Shown one piece after another: positions 54,984 to 64,000 of a stretch of DNA of 64,000 bases. Origin of the DNA: Geosiphon pyriformis uo1 (lineage: Eukaryota; Fungi; Glomeromycota); assembly GCA_016748015.1 (NCBI GenBank), contig JAAOMT010000219.1, positions 176,436 through 240,435 on the forward strand, written 5' to 3'. The position numbers were made by a program, and so were the translations under genes. The notes below the pieces were generated by a model. That model was not told the origin of the DNA and searched no databases. It saw nothing but the letters and a program-made list of their open reading frames with translations. Numbering within the stretch: the first letter of the stretch is position 1; every line of letters starts with the position of its first letter.

Positions 54984-55795
54984 TCACATTAAAAATACAA
55001 ATATTATAAATAATATAGTAAAATATACTTATAATAAACATAAAATTAACTTATTAAAAATCTGTTAAAAAACACTATTATTAAAAATTTTAGTTGTTTT
55101 TTAATATTATTATTATTAATTTTATTATTAATTTTGTTATAAATAAAAACTAGTAAATTTTTAATAATTTATTTATTTTTAGAGTACTTTTTTATACTTT
55201 AAATTTAAGTTTTTTATGTATTATTAAAGTAATATTTAGACTTAAAATAACAGTTTTAATTGTAAAATATATTTTTTAAAAAATAAAAGCTTTTTTTATA
55301 TATATTAATTATAATATTATTTTAAGTTTTAATAATTTTTTGTTAATATTTTTATAAATTTTTAAAAAATATAAATATTTTAACAAGTATTTAATACTTG
55401 TAATTTTTAAATAATAATTCAAGATTTTAAAATAATTTAATTTAAAAATTATTAAAATTTCAGTTTTATAAGCTTCTTAATATATTAGATTTTTAATAAT
55501 TATAATTAAATATTTTTATAAATAATAAATAGATTATAAAATCTTAAAATTGTTTTAATTTTGTAATAAATATTAGTTAATTCAATTGTTATTTTAAATT
55601 AAAAATTTTTTTTTAACAAATAATAAATTAATTTTTAAAAAAACTTATTATTTTATAAAAGATTTATTTAATATATTAAAATTTATTAAGTAAAAAGTCA
55701 AATATGTTATTAAATTTGGTAATAAGTTTTTAATTAAAAATTTTAATACAATTAAAACAGCTTTAATATAATATTCTAATATATATTAAAAAAAA

Positions 55796-58642
55796 CTTTT
55801 TTTTTCATTAATTCCCTAGTTACAACAAGAGCATAGAATAGTCAAAAAGATAATTTTTCTTATTTTTTTTCTCTTTTAGTTTTTACAGTTACTTCTTTTA
55901 ATACATTTTTACTTGTTACTATAGAACTAGTGAGCTTTTTTGTTGATGGATTTAGTTCTGGTTTGGCTGAATTAGAGACCCAGTTTGGCATTAAAAACAA
56001 GAAATATGTTGAAGATGTTTACTTTTGCAGTATGTTATACAAGAAACCAAGGAAGTTTAAAGCTGCTAAAAAGATAGTAGATTTGTCAACTGGTTTTCTT
56101 TCTCTTAGCAGTTTGGATTTTGACAAGGTCAGTCATAAGAAGTCTTGAGATAGTAAAGTAAAAAGTGATAACACCAGTATTAGCAAAGTCTTAAATATTG
56201 AAATCATGAAAAACACAATTACTAAAAAGACTAGTTATCTGAACTCAAACATGTTTAAAACTAATGAGATAGTAAACAATACTATGCCAAGGAAAACACA
56301 AACTAGAATGTATATTGTGGATTGCCCACCAAAAACTTCTTTGTTTAATAAAATAAGTGATGATGACAAAATTTTGATGCTCTTGTTTCCTAAGTTTAAT
56401 AAATTAAAACAATTGTTATTGGTTAAATCATGTGTTTTAAATAGGTGTAATTTCAATTCAGTTAAATTTTTTGCTTTAAATATTGATTTTTCTGCTGTGC
56501 CTGACAAGTCTTCTGGTAATAAATTAATGACAGTAAAAAGAATTTTTTATCATGTTGGTGGTTTTGGAAGGGCTTCCATTCTCTCAAAATTTCCAGAAAT
56601 TATTAGATCATTTTTTATATTAGAATTTAGTTTGAATAAGACAAAGGAATTAACAATTTGTGAAAAAATTTTGGTCAATAATAATATTAAAAAGATAAAC
56701 AATCATTTAGATTGAGAATTAATTATCAAAGAAATTCCAATTGATCTTTTAAAGTTGGCTGTAGAGTCAGTTTTTTCTAAATTTGGTAAGATTGTATCTA
56801 TCAAGATATAGCTAATTAGTCTTTGACAGAAGGCTTTGGTAGAATTTAAATTATTTGAGATAATTAATTTGGTTATAGCTAGATAATTTGTGCTCATGAA
56901 AAAAGATTCTGTATATGTGGCAAGAGCAATTAATAATAAACAAATATGAATATTCAGAAATCAATATTGGACTTTGTTGTATATTTTGCCAATTGAAATT
57001 ACTGCTTATGATTTTTTTGATCTGTTGGCATTCTATGATAAGAAAATCTGTGTTATTGGCCATAATCCAGTTATATATGTTTATAATAAAAGTGCAATTA
57101 TTTGTTTTGATAGTGAAGAGTTAAGGAATAGTGTTTTTGGTTTTCTGCCAGTTTTTAAGAGTGTAAATTTGTGCTGGACTGGCCTTTCTCTAGTCTGTTG
57201 TGCCAAGTATAAATAATTTGGTCATATTTTTGATATATGTTTAACTAGTGGAAACTTGGGTAGCCATGGAAAAAAGATTATTAGTTTTTAGGATCATGTT
57301 TACTTGGTAAACATATATAAAAAAAAGCAGACTTTAGTTGCCTATCCAGTTATTTTTGGTAACAAGATGTAAGCTCAAGTGGTTTTGCTTGCTGTCTTTT
57401 TTAATGATACTGGTTTTGGTTCTGGTCTTTATTTTTCTGTATCTGATGTCTTAAAAAAAAAATTGCATTGGTTGTTAAAAATAGTTTATCAATTAATGAT
57501 TGTTTGGCTTTCCTAGAATGTTCTTTGGAACTCTTAATGGATTAGGTTTCTGGCATGGTGTGCAAACTCAGCAACATAAAATTAATGCCTCTGGCTCTTC
57601 TCTTTTTTTTTTATGACATGATTACCTCAATGGCTGCTAAGTTGAATTCAGATTTGGATATAATTTTGAATAGTTCTAAGTTGATGTCTTCACCTTTTTT
57701 TCTTGCTTTTTTTGATGTTTCAGCTTTAGGTCCAAGTAGTTCAAAAGTTTTGACTGCTAAAATAGGCTGTTTGAAGTCAAATTTGGTGGTTTTTGAAATT
57801 TTTGTTGGTTTAGTTTTGGTAAAGTTAGATCAATTGTGTACTGGCTCAATTTTTTTTGCAAATACTTTTCTTCAATGAGTAAGTTGGTCTGGAAAATAGC
57901 TATGTGTAATTTTCAGAGTATAAACAATTCTGCTAAGTAAGCAAATATTATTTGTTAACACAGAAATATAAACAATTTGATTTTAATAGTTACTAAAACA
58001 AAGTTAAAGGAAAAAGTTTATCCATAGATTGCTAACAAGTTTATGTGTTTACTTTTGGTTTGGACTCTGGTTATCTGAGTTTTGGTGTTGTAATTGTTAT
58101 GAACATTGCTTTGACAAGACATATAAGCAAGATTTTTAAGATTCCTGACCAACTTCTGTTAATTAGATTGCTCTTCAAAAATAAACTTTCTGTTTTGATT
58201 TTGGAACTGTATGCTAATACAGTATTAAGAGTTTGTTTGGCTCAAACTAATAATATTAATATATTGATTGCAAAAGCTGTAAATGAATTTTCTTTTGTTG
58301 TCTTAAGTGGAGATTTCAATAAGGATGGTTTTTACAAGTATGCTAGTTTCAAGAGGTGTCTTGATTTAGAATTGGTTAATTTTTTGTTAGAGAGTTCAGT
58401 AATAAAAAGTTTAACTTGAAAGAATTTGAGAAATATCAAAAAGACAATTAATTACATATTTATCTTCTTAAACTTGGTTAATACAATAGTATGTTATGAT
58501 GTCTGGATGTTGGTAAATACTTTAATACTAATCATTGGGCTGTTTTTGTGTTAGTAAAGTTGGGTGGATTATTGGATATGCAATTAAACTTTCTTTGTAA
58601 ACAAGCAAATAAAGATTGTTGGAAGTTTAATTTTAAAGGTGT
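55796..58642 (+). mobile_element. Decayed LINE 5' part (ORF1 and APE start of ORF2), interrupted by a Gypsy LTR
   Basis: ORF1 remnants to TGA 57878; ORF2 MSKLVWKIAMCNFQSINN..VLSGDFN..INYIFIF..KQANKDCWKFNFKG. Confidence 0.85.
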
Positions 58643-61600
58643 TGTTACTAGAGGTTTTTGGTCTCTTCTTAGCTCTTGTATGTTTGTTGTAATGCTATTA
58701 ATTCATGATTATGGGAAGTGCTTGAACCTCCGATAACTGAATTTTTATCTTCAAATTATCTCCTAAAATTTGAACTGCTGGACTTATAAGTGGAATGGCC
58801 AATTCCATGCCAGTTGCTTTGTGTAGTTACGTTGTAGTAAATATCAACTCTTTCCCAGAAATTGCTCATTTAGAAGCTTACTAAAAATGTGTAGTTATTT
58901 TGCTGTGAAAGTCAACTCTTCTACAGGAATCTTGTCTGTAGACTACCCTAATGATTATAATAAGAAAATAAAATAAAAGTAAAAGAAAAGTAAAAGAAAT
59001 TGAATTCTGTCAAGAGAAACGTTTTTTATCCAGGCCTGGAGTCACTAACAGTTTTACTGAAATCAGTAGCTAATCAATTTCAAAACATTAGTTGGGTTTT
59101 GGGGATTTTCCAAGTGCAATAATTAAAGAATTTGGTTTTTTTAATTATTTGATATTTATTTCTTTTTGTGTGTATAGAAAATGGTTCTAAGTAATAAATC
59201 TAAAGTAAGATATATTTTCTCGAAGAGAGAAGCTCTTCTTTTATACAATTTGTCATAACACTATTCTATGAACCTGAACTTTGCTATTTTCTATAATTTC
59301 ACTGAACTAGAGATATATTTCGGCAAACTACAAGTTATTTCTATGAACTATTAGATATTTCGGTAAACTATCAATTATTTCGGCAAATTTCTACAAATTT
59401 CGGCAAACTTTTTGAATGTTACATAGTTTGGGGTATTGCATGATTGATCATTGCAATTAGGTTACATTTATGTTATGTACAAATTGGATTATTAATTAAA
59501 TGATAATTTCAGACATTTTGCTAATGTAATAAGTAATAATTTGAAATGATAATATATGCTAATTAANNNNNNNNNNNNNNNNNNNNNNNNNNNNNNNNNN
59601 NNNNNNNNNNNNNNNNNNNNNNNNNNNNNNNNNNNNNNNNNNNNNNNNNNNNNNNNNNNNNNNNNNNNNNNNNNNNNNNNNNNNNNNNNNNNNNNNNNNN
59701 NNNNNNNNNNNNNNNCAAGCTTTAAAAGTTCTGGCAGGTGAATTCCAGAATAACTTCTTGTGTTCTTCTTATATGGGTGATATTTTCATGAATTTGGGGC
59801 TAAATTTGTAACTACTTCTGTTTGGGTATAATTAATGTGGCTTTCAGTAACAGTAATAGATAATTTGGGTATTGTTTTTAAAGCTAACATTAGTTTTTGG
59901 AATAATTGTTGAATGTTTTGAGGAATAGTCATTATAAGAAATTTGAAAATAAAAGAAAATTATTTTTGGTGTATGGGTTTTTATTATTTTTGCTTTGCTT
60001 TTGTAAGATTGTTTCTAAATTATAAGGAGATAACTATAATAATAATAAATTTAAGTTAAGTGTTCAAGTTGGGAGGTTGTTTAATGATGACTATTGATTC
60101 TAAATTTTAGGAAATATCTTTGGGATTGATTAAAGAGGAATGTGTACCAATTTGTGGAATTAATAATTCAGGATTGTTTCTGGAATTATAGTGTTTCAAA
60201 TGATCTCCATGTGCAACTTTTGCTAAAATTTTGTTATCAAGTTTTAGCTTGTATGATCTATTGCCTAGAACTTCATGGATAAAGAATGGTCCATCTCATT
60301 TATTTTCAAATTTTCCATTCCATTGTTTTTCAGTTTTAGTTCTGTGTAAGAGAACTTTGTTTCCAACTTTAAATTTGTTGGTGACTAGAGGCAATTTGTT
60401 GTCATGCCATTTTTTTTATTAAGCTTGAGAGTGTTTAATATGGGTGGCTGCTATTTGTCGTTTTTCTTCCAATGTGCTAAGCAGAGTGTAGGCTTTTCAT
60501 TGAAGTGTTTCCTGAAAATTGTTTTTATTGATTAGTTGTATTGGATATGTTTCCACTGTGAAACTAATTGGTAATGTTGCTGTCCTTCCTTAAGTTAAAT
60601 CAAATAGTGTGTTTTGTGGTATTTTGTTTTAATGTTTTGTATGCTAGTAACACTGATAGAATAAAGATATCCCATTTTTACTCAAAATTGGTTGAGACTT
60701 TGGCTAATGATTCACACAATGTTCTGTTAAAATGTTCCATGAGTCCGTTTGTCTGTAGATGGTAGGGCAAAGACAGAGGTCTTTTGATATTGAATCATTC
60801 ACAGATTGCTTGAATTAGATTGTTTACGAAATGTGTTCCTTGATCGGATAAAAGTTTGATTGGGCATCTGTGTCTACAAATAATGTCTTCATAGATGAAA
60901 TTTGCTACTGATTTTGCATCTGCTTGTTGAATGGCTTTGGCTTCAGGCCATTTAGTGAGATAGTTTATGGCTACTGCAATATAATGGTTTCCTTGGTTTG
61001 TAATAGGTAGTGGTCCAACTAAATCAATACCAATTTGGTCAAAAGACTGTCCAACTTTGATTGGGTTTAACAGTTCTGTAGGGCGAGTTCTTCTTCTTTG
61101 ACAACTATCACAAGATTTAATGTATTCATGAATGTCTTTTCTCATTCAAGGCCAAAAGTAATATTCTAGTGTTCTCTGGATGGTGCTGTCTTTTCTTAGA
61201 TATGCTGATAAAAGGTCCAAGTGCATGTTGTATAAAATAGTTTCTTTTTCATGTTCTTGTATTAATTTGAGTGGATTGTTTGGGTTTCTGAAGTTTCGAT
61301 AATAAATAATGTTGTTGTGTAAAAAGTATTGTTTGGCTTGTTGTTGTAACTGACGTTTTTCATTTGAAGACCAATCTGTTGGGATTGTTAATGTCTTCAG
61401 ATATTGTTTAAGATTGTTGTAGTTTTCGGGGTTCATTGTTTGTTGTTTTGTTGCTGTTAATTCAAATGGGTGTTGGTTTTGTTTTCTAATCTTGCCTTAT
61501 TCTTGAGAGACAATCAATGTTGGTGTGGAGTTTTCCTGGTTTGTGGTGTACAATGTATCAGTAATTGGCTAAAAATTCTGTCCATCAGATTTGTTTTGTA

Positions 61601-64000
61601 TTCAGTTGGGTGTTTTTGTTTTGAAGCCATTTGAGTTCAATATTATTAGTAATAATATCGAATTTTTTAGGCCTGAGATAAAAGTTGAAGTGGTATAAGG
61701 CCCAAATTACAGCTGCTGTTTCTAGTTCTGTGGCAGGGTAGTTTTTCTTGGCTGGTTTTAATGTTCTGCTAGCATAAGTGATTACTCACTCATTTCCGTT
61801 GTCATTTAATTGTGATAAGATGGCACCAAAGGCAGTGTAAGAAGTGTCTATAGCTAGTTGAAATTGGTTACTGAAGTCTGAGTAAGTGAGAATTGGAGCT
61901 GTTGTCAGCTTTTTCTTGAGAATTTCAAAAGCTTTTTGGTGTTTTTTCATCCATTTGTATTTGACGTTTTTAGTAATAAGCTGGTTGAAGAGTTTTGTAA
62001 TTTTTGAGAATTCTTTGATGAATTTTCAGTAATAGGAAGCTAATTCAATAAATCCTCTCAATTCTGTGGTATTTCGTGGAGTTTTGAAGTTTTTAATAAT
62101 GCTAATTTTTCCAGGGTCTGGTTTAATTCTATCTTGGCTAACAATGTGACCAAGAAAGGCCAAACTTGTTTTTTCAAAGTAGCATTTTTTGATATTCAGT
62201 TTCAATCCTGCTTTTTGTAATTATTGAAAAACTTTATGCAGGTGTTTTAAGTGTAATTCAAAAGATGGTAAATAAACATTAGTATCATCGAGATAGACAA
62301 CTACTGATTTCCAAAGGAAGCCTTTGTAAACAATATCCATGAGTCTTTGGAATGTTGCTGGAGCATTGCATAATTCGAAAGGCATTACATTGAACTTGTA
62401 ATTTCCTTCTTGAGTGGTAAATGCTGTTTTGGGGCAATCTTTGGAATCCATGGCAACTTGCCAGTATCCACTTTCTAAATCTAATGTCAAAAAGTATTTG
62501 GACTTCCCAAGAGCATCTAGCATGTCATTAATTTGGAGAAGAGGGTAGGCATCTCCAATGGTAACACTGTTGAGTTGTCGATAATCAACACAAAATCGTA
62601 TCTTTTTATTTTTCTTTTTAATTAAGACCACAGGTGAAGTCTATGGACTCATTAATAGTTGAATAAGCCTATTGTTGAGCATCCATTGTACTTCTTTGTG
62701 GATAAATTGGTGACTTTCTGGAGCAACTCGGTAGGCTTGCTGTCACCTTGGTTTGGCATCTCCTGTATAGATTTGGTGTTGAACCAAATTAGTTCTTCTT
62801 AAGTTATTGTTGTTTTTGGCAAAGATATCAGCAAATTCTGCAATTAGTTCTTTGAGCTGGCTCTGTTGTTGTGGTTCAAGTTGTCTCATGTTGATTTGAG
62901 ATAGTTTTTCCATGACAACATGATAGTTTTCAGAGCTAGGGTTTGGGTTGATTTTTGGTAGTGAATGTTCAATGATTTCCGAGAAATTGGGAACTATTTG
63001 GGGTAGTTCTTGTTAAAAGATATTACTGTAAATAACTCCAATTTCTAAGTTATTTAATAAAACTATGGGGAAATTGTTGGGATTGTAAAAAGTAACTCGG
63101 ATTTTCTTTGTTCCTTTTGGAATGTAAATATTTGGGATCAAGATATTATGTTCTAAGCAGATTTGTTCATTGGACTCAAAAATTTGTTGTGTGGTTGTTG
63201 GCTTTTTACAAGTATAAATTTCAGGGTGTTTTCTAAAGAGTGAAATGGTAATTGGTTGTAGAAGTCGTAAAATCTGGTGAGATTCTTTCTGTTTATTGAG
63301 GGCTATGTTTACTAAAACTGTGAATCGTCCAGTTGAACCAAAACCTTGGGTTTCTCTTTTACTTTTTCCCAATAGATCTCTTTGATTGACTAATTGTAAA
63401 CCCAAAATGTTGATTAAGAATAAATAAATAGCTTGAGCAATTTTTTTGGCATGTTCAATCTGAAAAGGTTTATTGGTTTTATTTTGTAACATGATAGTAA
63501 TGTCTCCTGTATATCCAGCATTTATAATTTCTCCTCTAACATTGATTTCTTTGCTTGCCAATGATGATTGTGAAGTGATTTGGACTATTGCTCCTGATGG
63601 GATTTTGAGAGCAATTTTGAGGTTGATCTTAGTAAGGGAATTTGGTTGAAGAACCAAAGTGTCTTTTCTTGGATATTGTAGATCATATTTAGCATCAATT
63701 TCATGTGCTTTTTCAGGCTTTATTTTTTGTCCGTTGTTGTTGAAGTATTTGAGCTGTAAAGCAGGCTGACTTTTGATAAGATAAACAGATGTCGTTTCAA
63801 TTTTTTCTGTTGTTTTAGGTTCACCAAATTTGATTTCATATTCATTACTTTTGTTGGGTAATGGAATGCTAAGGGCATAGCATTCAGGACACCATTGTTC
63901 ATCACAAGGCATTATGCATTCCTTACATAATTTAATGTTCATTTGCTCTAACCATTAAGCTTGAGCTTCTTTGGTCGAGTAGATGTGACTTGTGATTTGA
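58643..64000 (-). mobile_element. Ty3/Gypsy element D (family 2 LTR; dUTPase-RT-RNase H / integrase / ORF3 / 3' LTR), continuing past the window end; gap at 59567-59715
   Basis: dUTPase IINAGYTG..IAQAIY..RETQGFGSTG (63013-63942); RT FCVDYRQLN..YLDD (62221-62631); integrase CDSCQR..GIDLVGP..SDQG (60795-61436); LTR from 58643. Confidence 0.92.

Overview
Eukaryotic, intron-rich, AT-rich fungal DNA, most consistent with an early-diverging Mucoromycota/Glomeromycotina genome (inferred from gene content, minor introns and TE types; not confirmed by a search). The window has three zones. (1) 1-7100: a decayed multi-exon gene whose largest intron holds a >2.7 kb, ~89-bp dimeric satellite, with an 18-bp minisatellite at its start. 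(2) 7191-26696: a compact island of nine housekeeping genes (RAD2/XPG, PUP1, SHE4/UNC-45, RPL18, PRE4, CEP120-like, HAS1, PHO85, RPN11), eight of them in four head-to-head pairs; RAD2 carries two textbook U12-type AT-AC introns and a third non-canonical intron. (3) 27100-64000: nested, heavily C>T/G>A-mutated retroelements. These include RNase H-bearing LINEs, an ORF1-only 'half-LINE' that shares their 5' end and structured 3' tail, and dUTPase-carrying Ty3/Gypsy elements. The Gypsy elements look polycistronic (gag-PR-dUT-RT-RH, stop, a separately initiated integrase, then an unknown ORF3), and every visible insertion junction is centred on a CpG or a deaminated CpG.
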